A stretch of 58,751 bases of DNA, counting the filler, from Dimargaris cristalligena (Eukaryota), in the NCBI GenBank assembly GCA_003614675.1. It is 2 parts of 2 records of this genome, joined end to end, with 100 filler letters (N's around TTAATTAATTAA, not from the genome) between each part and the next. Parts side by side here need not be neighbours in the genome. Positions count along the whole stretch, not along the records: positions 29,478 to 58,751 come from ML002485.1; 1 more part is not named here. The stretch is one strand, 5' to 3'. Below are positions 38,884-51,278 of this stretch, in pieces; within the stretch, counting starts at the first letter, position 1, and each line of letters starts with the position of its first letter. The position numbers were made by a program, and so were the translations under genes. The notes below the pieces were generated by a model. That model was not told the origin of the DNA, did not search any database, and saw only the letters and a list, made by a program, of their open reading frames with translations.

Positions 38884-38916
<33 letters not shown>
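38884..38916 (+). repeat. Compound (AT)n(GT)n microsatellite downstream of UTP5
   Basis: ATATATATATATGTGTGTGTGTGTGTGTGTGTG read directly. Confidence 0.9.
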
Positions 38917-38917
<1 letters not shown>

Positions 38918-39602
38918 TCCTATATATTTCTGACTCCCTAATAAGCCTGCCGTTGATTACTCCCCCCCCTCTCGTTGGTGGTGATTTGGGAAACCAACAT
39001 CTAGAAGTAGAAGCAAGGCGGCAGCAAAACGATATTTGCCACCTTCCCCTATCCAATCCTTCGGCGCTTCATTTGCCACATGCCTGTTAACTACTGCACT
39101 TTCTGTTTTTAACTTTAGCCATTTATATTTACCTTCACCTGCTCAATACGACTTCACTAAACTATCGATATTTCATACTTACCACATTATCCTCGAAGAT
39201 TATGGGGATTAGCGGACCCTGTTGTGTAAAGCCTTTCAGTAAGACAATATATAAGTTTGTGGTCGAGCTGAGGAGTAGAGGAGGTATACGGCCTTCATGT
39301 TACCGATCAAAGGGGAGGATATTGATTTGGCCATATAAAGTGTGGGGATTTTACCAACCCCCAGCACAGCCCAGGCAAACATGATGGAATGGGCTGCGGC
39401 ACTTTACCTAGGCCGCATTGTTTTTATATGCTGAAAAACTATTTCCCTGTACTATGCGTATTGCATTTCCATGAGCCCGTCGCCAATTCTAACCATTTAC
39501 TATAGCCCATCCCCCTACTCTGTGGCATTTAGTTTGCATTGACTGCTTGAATTGTGTAGTTTTACCGCTTATTTTTATTCTTATTGACCCCAGCCAGCTC
39601 CC

Positions 39603-42600
39603 ATGGAGGCCGCCGACTCGGAGTATCTCCGCTATTACCAGCGGGATCTCTTCCGCTGCCTGGCTACCCGCAAGGCTAAAGCCGAGCAGCTCATTCAGCC
39701 GAACGAAGGAGGGGAGTCCACCCACCACTCCACTTCGGCTGACCCCCCGGCCGCCTGGTATATCCCCTCCGTTACCTACACCGGGCTGAGTCTCCAGGAC
39801 CCCCCGGACGAACGCCCCGATTTGGCCCTCGGCCCCCCTTTAGGGGCCGCGCTCCTCGGGGTCCAACCCGGCGGATCCCGCCAATGGCATGCCCACCAGG
39901 CCCTCCGCCTGCGGGAATGGCCCACCGAACGGGGCCGGGGTAATTTAGACCCCCAGCAACAACCCCAGCAGCGGGACCGTCTGGGGCGACTGCAACAATT
40001 GGTCGAGGCGGATTGGGCGCAGCGTCCGTGGGCCCATGCGGCGGAACGGGTACCAGCGGCCTCTGGCAAATGGGGGGGACTACTAACCCTTGACAATGTG
40101 GGCGATTTGACCTTTCTTCCGGCGGAAAGTGGGCCAGCTCTCCCATTACCCGACCTTGAGACCCTATTCGAGGGTATACCCCTCACCCCTCGAGCCGATA
40201 TGGATATCGACCCGCCCACAATGCCTACCCCGCCTTCCGCTACTAATTCCAGTGCTAGTGTCCCCGTTTGGTTGCGGCCGCCGCACCCATCCCAACCTGC
40301 TCCACGGGGACCACCACCGACGATTACTCCCACTTTGGCGGGATTTCACCGCTCCTCCAGTTTCGACTCAATGACCCCGGCCTCGGCACCGACCAATGGG
40401 GTCAAAAAGCGACCATTTTACCCCCAGGATCTTCCGGCACCTCCCGTAGAAGATGCTTCCCCCACCGTACCCTCCGATTTTGTGACGGCCCGACACCAAC
40501 TTGCAGCGGATCAGCAAAAGAAAAATTACTCTGGGCCCACCGGCCGATCGGTTGGGGGATACCACCCCGCTCGGATAGTTTCCGGTTCGGAACCGGCCGC
40601 CTCTTCCGGATTCAGATCTGGGTCTGGGCCTGGATCCACCCACCCGGCTAACTACTCCGCAGGCGCCGCCCCCGTTGTTGCCAAAAAGCGGTACTTGGGG
40701 GGTCACGGTAAACGGGCCAAGTTCGTCTCGCCTCTTAATCGACCCCCGCCCGAGGATAGCGATTCGGGAGGCCAGGCTACGCATGGCTTCGGGTATTATA
40801 ATATACCCAATTCAGCATCGACCACGGGTGCTAAAAATACGGGAGTGGGGGGTGGCCGTAAACCCCTTCGTAACGATCGGTCCGGTAATCAGTCCAAATC
40901 CAGCGAGCCCGAGGCGCCAATTGATGATCGATTGAAGAATATTGAGCCGCGGATGATTGAAATGATCACTAATGAGGTACGCATCTTTAGTAGAGTTCTA
41001 AGGCCAGTTGATGTGAATCTGGTCAATGATGGACTCGTCTTGCATAGGGATATATTTACAATATTATTACAGCATTGATTACTATTGGTATTACATGTAT
41101 ATGTTTATATTTATATGTTTGGGGGGCCGTATTGCCTTATTTAACAATTGGTATCCAATTACCACGCCGATAACCTGTGGTTTTACCGTTTTCTTGGTTT
41201 TATATCTTACTTGCATCCCCGTAGATTATGGATCACTCTGCGCCCGTCGACTGGGACGACATTGCGGGTCTCGACCACGCCAAAGCGTCCATCAAAGAAA
41301 TCGTGGTTTGGCCCATGCTACGTCCCGATATTTTCAACGGTCTCCGGGGCCCCCCCAAGGGGCTTCTTTTGTTCGGACCCCCGGGAACGGGCAAGACCCT
41401 CATCGGCAAATGCATCGCCAGTCAATCCAAGGCCACTTTTTTTACCATCAGTTCGTCTTCCCTTACTTCCAAATGGGTAGGCGATGGCGAAAAAATGGTG
41501 CGCGCCCTTTTTGCAGTGGCCCGTTGCAACCAACCGGCGGTCATTTTCATTGACGAAATTGATTCCCTATTGACCCAACGAACCGACGGCGAAGTCGAGG
41601 CGAGTCGTCGTATTAAAACGGAATTCCTGATCCAGTTTGACGGATGCGGAACGACGGCCGAGGCCGATCGCATTTTGATCGTGGGGGCGACCAACCGACC
41701 CCAGGAAATCGACGAGGCGGCCAGGCGGCGGTTTCGCAAACGACTGTATATTCCCTTGCCCGAGATCAAGGGCCGGAAAACGATTGTGACCAATTTACTC
41801 AAGAAAACAAAAAATTGTTTGAGCGAGGGGGAAATTGACGAGTTAAGCGGGTTAACGGAGGGTAAGTCAGGGGTTGTTTATTTGTTTACATTTTTATTTT
41901 TTTGGTTGGTTGTTTATTTGTTTTTATTTGTCGCTGGTGTAAAGAAAGAAAAACAAAGATATGGAGAGAGTCACCCCACCACTTGACTGCCAATGTAAAT
42001 AATGGGTGGTTGTATTGAATAGAATGTTCACTGGTACTGGGCTGGTCTAACTTAATCACTTCTTGATATTCGCGCAATCACTAGGCTACTCCGGGTCGGA
42101 TATGGACGGGCTCTGTCGCGAAGCGGCGCTGGGCCCAATTCGAATGATTGGCGACATTTGTAACATTTCGGGTAGGCACTTTAGCGTCATGGTCGAGTTG
42201 TTTCAAACCATCATGGTCGACTGGATCGGTGGCTATTATGTACTTTCATACATCACCAAATAACTTACCGCTATACGCCAATGTTACTTGATATATATAT
42301 TGATACCCTTTAGCGGAGGATGTCCCACCGGTGACCTTTGAGAATTTCCAGCAGGCACTTACCCAAGGTAAGATAAAGTGTGAATGTTTTTTATATATCG
42401 GTTATGTGATAGATTAACTGGGGTCACCACTAGTCACGGCGAAGACGGGAATGATGTAGTCGGTCAAATGGGATTACCCAGCTTCCGTGTTTTTTGTTGT
42501 TTTTTTTCAGCAGTATTATATAACTGGGAGACGACTTAATTGAGACAAATACTTACACTACCTGGATTCCATTTACTATCTTTTATTTATTTATTTTTGG

Positions 42601-42697
42601 TATACAATCGATCGCTCAATCAGTACGGGCTAGCGTAAGCGATCGCGACCTTAAACTCTATGATGAGTGGAACAAAGAATACGGCGCTCTCGGCTAG
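39603..42697 (+). CDS. FIGNL1: Fidgetin-like 1 AAA+ ATPase, 5 exons
   Basis: Exons 39603-40976, 41225-41861, 42085-42171, 42314-42367, 42624-42697. [19 protein letters not shown], Walker A GPPGTGKT, Walker [26 protein letters not shown], Vps4_C-like WNKEYG; N-terminal FVTARHQL and KFVSP. The true start may lie further upstream. Confidence 0.92.
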
Positions 42698-45600
42698 ATA
42701 TTAGCGTAGACAATTCATATTCAGGACACTGTAATTCATATAACGAGACTAATAAAACCGGTGACTCAAGTATACTTATAAGCGCCCTTATCGCTTTTAA
42801 TAATCGGGAATAAGTTTTGCGAGGTATATACCAAGGGCCCGACAGACCCCTCGTCACAGACGATGGTAATTCGGCAATAGATTCAGTCCCACAGTGTCTT
42901 TCTTCTCTATAGTAATCGACATATTGGATTCACTTCTGACGCCAACCTGGCTTTGCGTTTTTCGCTACTCCAGATTCCGCGAAGGGTTAGAGATTAGATT
43001 ACCACCACACCACCGGCTTCGGCAATCAATCCCGCCGGCATTTTTACTGGATCGGCTATTTAGGCCCTACTATACATATCCCCACCGAATTGGGGAATTA
43101 ACAACGCCCATGATGATGGAATATAAGGGGCAGTTTATCACTGAATTCCAACCCAAGGGGGGGGGAGGTGTGAGCACACTACGAGGTCTAGGGAATGCAA
43201 GTTAGGCGAAGAGTCAGTGGGGACTATAATACACGAATGCATTCGCGAAAGTAGTGTATAGGATCATCCAGGGGGTAGAATCCGTCGACGTGTTACCCTC
43301 CTCCTCTCTTATTCCCCCCTCCCCCTACCTTTCTTTTCCCTTCCTTGCCCTGCCCTTCCGTTCCTTTACCGGTTATTTAGCCTCTTGCTCCCAGTTCTGA
43401 CTCTATTATCTCAGAGCCCAGTTTCCGCTATCCCGAGGTGACTGGATTCGACAGGTAGGGCGGGGACGCCTACTTACATACATATATGTCACTGATTTAG
43501 GCGAACACGGAAGTGAACGTGTTTGGTTTTTGGGTAGGTGGCGGCTGAATCACCGAAGCCTCCTTAGATCTATTTTTGGGTATCCAGTCAGTCGGGACCA
43601 TGCCCACTCTATGATGACGTCAAAATGAAAGGACGCCTCAGTAGGCTAGAGAGAGGTGGACTTTGAGGCACTCAGACGAACTAGATTGACATGTTACGGT
43701 GTGAGGAGCTGTTGAACCAGGGTGTCCTACGCATGCTCCTAGCCTCCGACTTGTCCCACTACATTAACCATGTCCAATGTTTAGTTGGCGGAAGATTGCC
43801 ATGGTTAAGCAAAGCCTTTGGTGAGGAAAGGAAGTATAACCCACTTTAATGTAACCTCTGTGGTCTCACCACTTTCCACAAGTTCGGTGATAAACTTCCG
43901 GCTGACATCCTCTGTGTACATATCGATGAAACGTAGGATGTCTTAATGGTATTAATCATTGGCTATAAAGCCGTTGCTTAAGAATATAAAGCCAGGTAAT
44001 TATAGAGTGATGTGCGCATTGCTGTAAGTCGCTTAACATTATTAATGGCATGTAGCTGGGTGGATGAGCTCAGGCACGGCTCAGTTTTTCCCCAGAAAAA
44101 AGCACCTTGGTGCACGTTTGATCGGAGCTTAAAATGTGAGAACTTATTTTCCCGACCATGCAGATATACCATGATCATTAAATGTCCGAAGAATGGTGAT
44201 ATTTTTAACCCGTTAATGACGCCAGTTCAGCTTCACTTATGTAAAATTCCGATCCAGCCGTATGGTCACGAATATGGCCTATTTATAAGCCCCTGTCTCA
44301 AGCACCCTGAGCCTTTTGGGAGCGATTCCCCTACCCTTAAGGTCGTATTTACGGGACCAGTTCCCGGGCTTTTACACGTGTCTCGATGATCTAATCATAA
44401 CCTTAGACTTGTCTTGGATGTCCATGTGAGGGGGAGGGCCTATTTCCAAGCTGATGCCTGCGTTCAGTACAGCGAAGGTGCTATTAACCGCCCTTCAGCT
44501 AGCCCCCTTACCCGTCGTCCCGCCGACCCCTATTCCCCACAGCAGGGCCTAAATTTGGCCCTGAGTTAGTGGGCCGTATCGAGAGCCCCTGGGATTCAGA
44601 CCGACCCACTGGCTTACCTACCTTGTTCTCCTGACCAGTAGGCTCCCCTCCCCTTTCCCTCCCCAACGGAATACCCGTGTTCAAATCAATCATATCGCTC
44701 GCTTCGCGACTTTCCTTAATGAAAGGACAGCCATATTTGGGATTCACTTCCGTTGATGAGCTCCATCATATATATTAATATTTTTCCAATCAACGAATAA
44801 AGAAAACATGCCATTGAATGCTATTCATTCCCTTGGGCTTACTTCTCTAACCTTTGGCTCCACAGTCCCCTTATGATTCCGTACCAGCGGTTCTGGTTGA
44901 GGAGAGAGAGAGAGAGGCGTTCAGCGAAAAAGAAGGCGCTATCCGCTCTCCTACTGGCCTATATTTAAACCCACCTCCCCCATTTGGACATATATAGCCC
45001 AGCAATTATATATAAGTTTATGCAATTCCCCCCACCTTCAACCCAACTGCATTTCTACTGTTGATTATAAAATGAAATACGTCTTATTATTTTCTCCTTG
45101 TGGGTTTATAGCTAGCTAGTCACATACCGTTATTATTCTTGAGCAGTCATTACAGGGCGAACACCCAGATACATCACCAAACACACCGATTATCATTGTC
45201 ACCGGTGGCTGACCGCTTCCCAGCCCACAGTATAGGCGGCTCCGTTTTCATATACACAATCTAGAGCGTCTGCATTATTCATCTCCTGTTACATTTAATA
45301 TACATCTTTTCCGACTGAACCGTTTTCTTCATCTTGCCTTTTATAATACCCAGGGTTATCTTATTCTCCCCCACCCTTTCATGTGCTGCATAGGCACTCG
45401 TACATCATAACCTCTCACCAGGCCGTTAACCCTTAAGTTGGGTGTGCTCCCTCGCCGCTATTATATTGCTAGTACGGTGGTATAACTCCTTATTCTACCG
45501 ATACTTCCAATTTCTAAAAATAGTTATTCGGTAAACAAACAATCCGTGTAACTGTAAATATTAGTTGTCAGAAATTGGCAAAGTTATATATATTCCTTCG

Positions 45601-46701
45601 TGCTTTATTTTTTTTCCTTTTGCTTGGGCATAGTTTAGGAGTATTTTGGTCCCAAGGGCCCCCGAATCAAAACAATAGCATCTTCAATTCGGACTGATTC
45701 AGTGCGACCGTAAGCCCCTGTGCATCAGCATCTAACAAACGGCCCTAGTTCCCATCCCGCGCGCATTCCAATACTACCGCCCTCTTAAATAAGAGCCCAC
45801 TACCGGGGGTGTATTTTATTTCACATCAACTTACGAAATTCGGCACTTCCAGGTAACCTATTCTTACGTATTTACATATATATATCTAGTATTCTTCAGT
45901 GTCCCAATCGGAACAAGTCCTAGAGGAGGCTTAGTATTTTGACCGGGGGAGCCTTGTGCAGCTGCGTAGTAGGGCCGGTTCACTGAATCGCAGGTCGGCT
46001 TGGCCGCCTGGTTAGTTCACCATGTATCATTGAATCCGGGTATGCGACGGTGGCTGATGCCGGCGGCTCCATGCAGAGGGATTACTAAAGTCTGGCAGGG
46101 GGTGATGGCCATCGACAGGGGGATGCGCGGATTCCGCAAGTTAAGGTGAAGGAGAAGGTTGTTGTACTATATCCCATGCGCCTCAATGACTCTCTTTCAC
46201 TCTCCCCCTTGCAACGAGCGGAAGCACACCCACCCCCTTTGGATATTACCTAGCTAGCGTTGGTAGAGTCTCTTAATTCCATTACGAACCCCTCCTAGCC
46301 AGCTCCCTTGGCCCAACGTCCGTGAGCCGGCCTGCACCTCCCTCTTATGATATAAACCTCTCGTATCCCGACCTCCTCCGAGTTTCACATCGTCAAAAGA
46401 GTGTGCCAATCGTTAGTTTTATTCTCGGACACACTAGTTGGAGTCTGTCACGATTCCTATGTATTTGCACCTTCTACAACCAATTTTATGAAACCTTATT
46501 TTTCACGAATTAACTGTTTATGACTATTTTCTTATGCCCCACTTGTGACGGTTCCATTTGATATCCCGCCCATTTTTTTTTACATCGCAGCCCCTAGCAC
46601 TCAACCACACCCGATAATCTCAGAGAGAGACCCTATTATCATCCACTCCCCAGCCACACACAACTCCTTCGAATCCTTTCAGTTTACTTCTATCCATCAC
46701 C

Positions 46702-48297
46702 ATGAAGCTCTTCGCTATTGCCACTGCTTTAGCCCTGGCCCTGGTTTCCGTGAACGCTCAGGGTGCTCGGTGCGCCAACCCGGTAACCCGCCGTGAAATT
46801 CGCCAATTGTCCCAGGGCGAGCGTACGGCTTTTTTCAACGCCTTTAAGGAACTCCGGCGTCGTGGAACGTTTGATTTCTATCCCAACGTGCACCTGGACA
46901 ACTCACCGGTCATCCACGGTAACTCCGTTTTCCTCCCGTGGCACCGCCGGTTCGTGCGCGACCTGGAGGTAGCCCTTCAGTCCATTGATCCGTCCGTGAC
47001 GGTCCCGTACTGGGACTGGACGATTGACTCCCAAAATCCCGCCGCTAGTCCAGTTTTCACCGCTGGGTACGCCGGGGGCAACGGTTCTGGGGAGGACAAC
47101 TGTGTTCAATCCGGCCCCTTTGCCAACTATGAAGTCAGCGTGCCCGAACCCCATTGCTTGACCCGCGACTTTAATCAGGGCAACGGTATCAGCACCTGGT
47201 GGCCGGCCGAAAGTCTGCGCCTGATGGTGTCGGATGCCGATACGTATACAGAACTCCGGGAAGGCCTGGAGTTTGGCCAGCACGGTAACGTGCATCTGGG
47301 TATCCGCGGCGACATGTCCACTATGTACGCTCCTAATGACCCCATCTTCTTCCTTCACCACGCCATGTGCGATAAAGTATGGTCCGTCTGGCAACTCAAC
47401 GGCGGCGGACGGGCCCAGATGTACGACGGAGCCGACGCCGAAGGGGGGGAAGCTAACTTACAAGACCCCCTGCCGGGATTGCGCGGTACGGTCGGCGATA
47501 CCCTGGACCAATTCGCCCCCAACAATTGTTTCCGCTACTCCCAAAGTCTCTTTGACCAGGATATGGTACCGCAAACCCAGAATCTCCGGACTGCTATTGC
47601 CAACGCCCCTCCTAGCAACCAGCAAGCAACCCCGCCAGCTAATAGCAACGCGGCCGGACCTAATCGCAGCCAACCTCCTCCCCCGACTCGACCACCCACC
47701 AACGGACCCCCTCCACCTGCCCAGCGCAACACCCCTCCCAATAACAATAATAACCCGAATAACCGCAATAATAATAACAACAACGGCAACCCGAATAACA
47801 GAAACAATAACAACACCCGGCCACCTCCCCCGCAGCGCCAACGCCGTCCCGTGCAGGAAGACGATCAAGACGAAGAGGAGGACCAGTCCTCCGATTCAGG
47901 CAACGGCGGTGAGTGGCCTTTCAATTCGTTCAACAATCGCCCCGGTGTGTTCCGTCGCCAAGCCTACAGCCAGCGTGCTACCAAGCCGGATAACCAGCCC
48001 CGTTCTCCTACGCTAGGTTACCCCAATCGCCTGCCCGACGAATGGATCGCAAAGAATCGCCTTAACGCGACTGCCGTGCGCAAATTCGAAGATCGCCACT
48101 TCGCTCTCCTTGGAATTATCAATAGTTTGGATGACTATGTGCCCGTGGTGTTCCGCACGGTTAACGAAGTACTCGAACCTATCGTCCACGACACCCATAC
48201 TCTCGCATCTAGTCTATTAACTTCCCTTGTTGGTAACGGCACGCCCTTTAATAGTTACCGTCGTGGACTGCCCCCGACTGATTCGGAGCAGAAGTAA
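46702..48297 (+). CDS. Secreted tyrosinase (type-3 di-copper), intronless, 531 aa
   Basis: Signal peptide; RREIRQLS; CuA H..IHG..FLPWHR; VPYWDW; CuB HGNVH..NDPIFFLHH..D.VW..WQ; Pro/Asn/acidic linker; RR site; C-terminal LPDEWI..N.L..VRKFE segment. Confidence 0.95.
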   Translation: MKLFAIATALALALVSVNAQGARCANPVTRREIRQLSQGERTAFFNAFKELRRRGTFDFYPNVHLDNSPVIHGNSVFLPWHRRFVRDLEVALQSIDPSVTVPYWDWTIDSQNPAASPVFTAGYAGGNGSGEDNCVQSGPFANYEVSVPEPHCLTRDFNQGNGISTWWPAESLRLMVSDADTYTELREGLEFGQHGNVHLGIRGDMSTMYAPNDPIFFLHHAMCDKVWSVWQLNGGGRAQMYDGADAEGGEANLQDPLPGLRGTVGDTLDQFAPNNCFRYSQSLFDQDMVPQTQNLRTAIANAPPSNQQATPPANSNAAGPNRSQPPPPTRPPTNGPPPPAQRNTPPNNNNNPNNRNNNNNNGNPNNRNNNNTRPPPPQRQRRPVQEDDQDEEEDQSSDSGNGGEWPFNSFNNRPGVFRRQAYSQRATKPDNQPRSPTLGYPNRLPDEWIAKNRLNATAVRKFEDRHFALLGIINSLDDYVPVVFRTVNEVLEPIVHDTHTLASSLLTSLVGNGTPFNSYRRGLPPTDSEQK

Positions 48298-51278
48298 CTT
48301 AGCATTCTATAGTCTGACCTTTAATTATAAAACTATAAACGATTTTCGTCTGCATTGTTTTTTTGGATTAAGCCGCAACTTCAATGACCATCACATGCCT
48401 TCTCTTACCTCCCATTCATCCACTCCCTCAACCGATAGCATTGCAGTCATTATTATTACTCATTGATACCTTATTTGCTATCAACCTTTCTAGCCAATTT
48501 CTAGAACCATATATCTATCATATTCTACAGTTTAGTTAATTCAGGAGTAATTCGAGTAGTCTCAATAAGAATTATCCACTGAATTATATCCGTTAACCTT
48601 CATCTGTGGTATGTAGTTGGAGTTCGCCGCTTTGATACGGCTTGACCGTCTTCAATAAAGTTGTTACTTTAGAATGTGATCTTAGGTATGGCCATCTTAG
48701 ACACCGTTGTATTTTTATAATTCGACCACTTGGGGATATGGTGAGTATTTGACTTGTTGATATGGCATATGGGAGCATTAAAGTCACACCTGGGGGATAT
48801 TCTTGGCATCCAAAGTCTTTCAGCACGATTATCTCTACTATAATTATTTAACGTTTGTTGCGGTGTCATGCTTATGCGCGTCTATATATTACCCATTAAA
48901 TAGCAGTCCATTATCATGTGTACCAACCAATAAATTGTTATGCTTGTGATTGTTCCGAACCTCGTGAATGCTGTCTGGGTTGTCGAGTTGTTCTTCAGCT
49001 ACGTCTCAAATAGTCACCGGTAGACAGACTGAGCTACTAATGACTGTAATATTAATAATAAGAAATTACACTTGAAAAATTTTAGTGCAAGCCCACACCA
49101 GCCAACTCTAGGTATCTGTCGTCAAGAGATGAATATAGATTGAGTGGTACTCCGCCGCTTACTATTTAATTTGTTGTGTTTACCTAGCGCTTAGGTGAAA
49201 ATCCGCCTTATTGTTTAACCATTATGTAAAATCAACTTGAATCCTTCCGTCCGCTGCCCTTGGGCCTATTATAACTTCTTCCTCGCCTCCTTATTTTCAA
49301 TCTTCTTTACAGATGATGAACGGTATGTAATGATATATTGTTATTATTATTACATCTATTACTATGACATTATTATTTTTTTCGCACGCCCACCCACCAG
49401 AATAGATTCACATTCGGAACAATTGTAACTGAGAATAGGATCTTTAACATCCTTCACTACGATCACAATGGCCAACTGTGGTGGCTATTGTTTTCTAAGT
49501 CCCAAGGGGTATAATAGCACTTACCAGCCAGTCTCTAATGATTATTTTTTTGATTCCACATTACCCTCTCCCTTCCCTACTCACTTCCATCGGCTACACA
49601 CTACGGGGAGGAAGGGGGTGATTACCGATCCTTCTTCATCGACTCACTGGGGTAGAACTGGGGGGAGGTTAATGGATAATAGAAGGCATCTTAAACCGAT
49701 GATGCCCGTGTCTATACTTTCAGAGATTACCCTTAATCGGGCCATTGCCTTGTTTCTTCCAATTCCAGCCCCTTCCTTGCGCCGTTCTATTGTTCTGGCC
49801 GCCAACAGTGGTTCGCTCCGGATACCACTCGCCCGACCCGTGTACCCTGGGCACTAAATTAGGCATAGTGGGTGCAGTATGGCCATTGTGGCCAACCCTG
49901 TCCTTCTCTCACCCACCCTTCCTTTATACGTAGATATATATATGTAGTAAATGTCGGCCTTATTGGGTGTCGAAATTCCAAGTGGGCCCATCGGTAAACT
50001 TCCCATTTTAATACTGGTAAGCACACCGGTTGGAAGTAGAAACCAGACGACCTAACCCGACCCCGTCAGCGTACTGTTGTATTGCCCATCTGAGGACTGA
50101 ACCGCTAAAATAAGACATTTTTTCCACCCACCTCATTTTTTCCCAATCCAAGCTAACCTACAATTGAAAGGGATGACCTGCAGGCGATTCCCCTGATATG
50201 TCAGCTCGTATTTGGTTGGAATCCATTACATTTCAGTCATATGTCCGGATTTCCTAACCTACGATTAAAACGGTAGGGGCAAACACACTGAAGCCAAAGT
50301 AAATAAGAAATGGAAGGGGAGACTCGATTAATCGAAAATCCGGAGACTAGGGTAAGGTAAGCAATACCGGGGAGGGAAAGAGGGCCAGTTCGGGAGACCA
50401 TCCTATACTCCTGGTAAATTGCAGGTCTCAATTGTGCCATCATGTCCATCCTCTTTCCCCGCTTTAATTTTCCACCGACTATATGGGCCCTCGGACTTTC
50501 CACCTCACCTCACCTCGCCGCGGGGTCTATTGTTCGAGGTCATACGATGGCCCTTGGCCCTTCCCACCCGCGCGGTACATACACACCTCAACCCTGATAA
50601 TAACGATGATGATTATTATGCTATTTATTTTTATTGAGAGAGAGAGAGAGGGCTGATGGCGTCTATGATCTTCCTCTCTTCCCCGACAGGAAAGAAGGGG
50701 CACCGCCAACCATGTGTTTCAGTTTTACAACTATAGTTTCCTATATATTTACCCATACACTGACTGAGTTATTCACTTGATTGACGTATCAATTTGAACA
50801 ATAACCGGGAAGATGGATGCAGTGGGAGAACAAAAGCAATTCCAAGCGGCGGTAAAAACTTGGATTAGTAGTAATTCCTCCCTCAAGCACCCTTTTACAA
50901 CTCGAGTACTTAAATACCGCCAATGGGAGCTATGGGTCCTACTGGTTTCCACACCGTCCAACTTTCCAAACAATTGGTTCCACTTGCATACAGTACCTTA
51001 TATATATATAACATCCTTTTCCCGCTGAACCACCCCTCGATTGCTCTTTGCCCTGTATTGAGAACCGGCAAATACACTAAAAATACATTGCCACCACTTG
51101 ACTACCTTATCTTTTTCTATTAATATTGCCTTTTACCACATCGCCCATGCCTAATACCAAATATATTTTCGTATGGCACTTGTATACTTGTTTCCTTCCC
51201 ATTGGTTCTTTGTAATTTTATTAGTACCTTGACCCTGGATCAATAATACCTTAAATTCATCGTTAGTGATATTAGACG

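Noticed and set aside
46250-46300. tRNA-like TAGC..TTGGTAGAG segment
   Set aside because: No T-arm (GTTCRA) or acceptor stem; no tRNA, rRNA or snRNA was recognised anywhere in the window.
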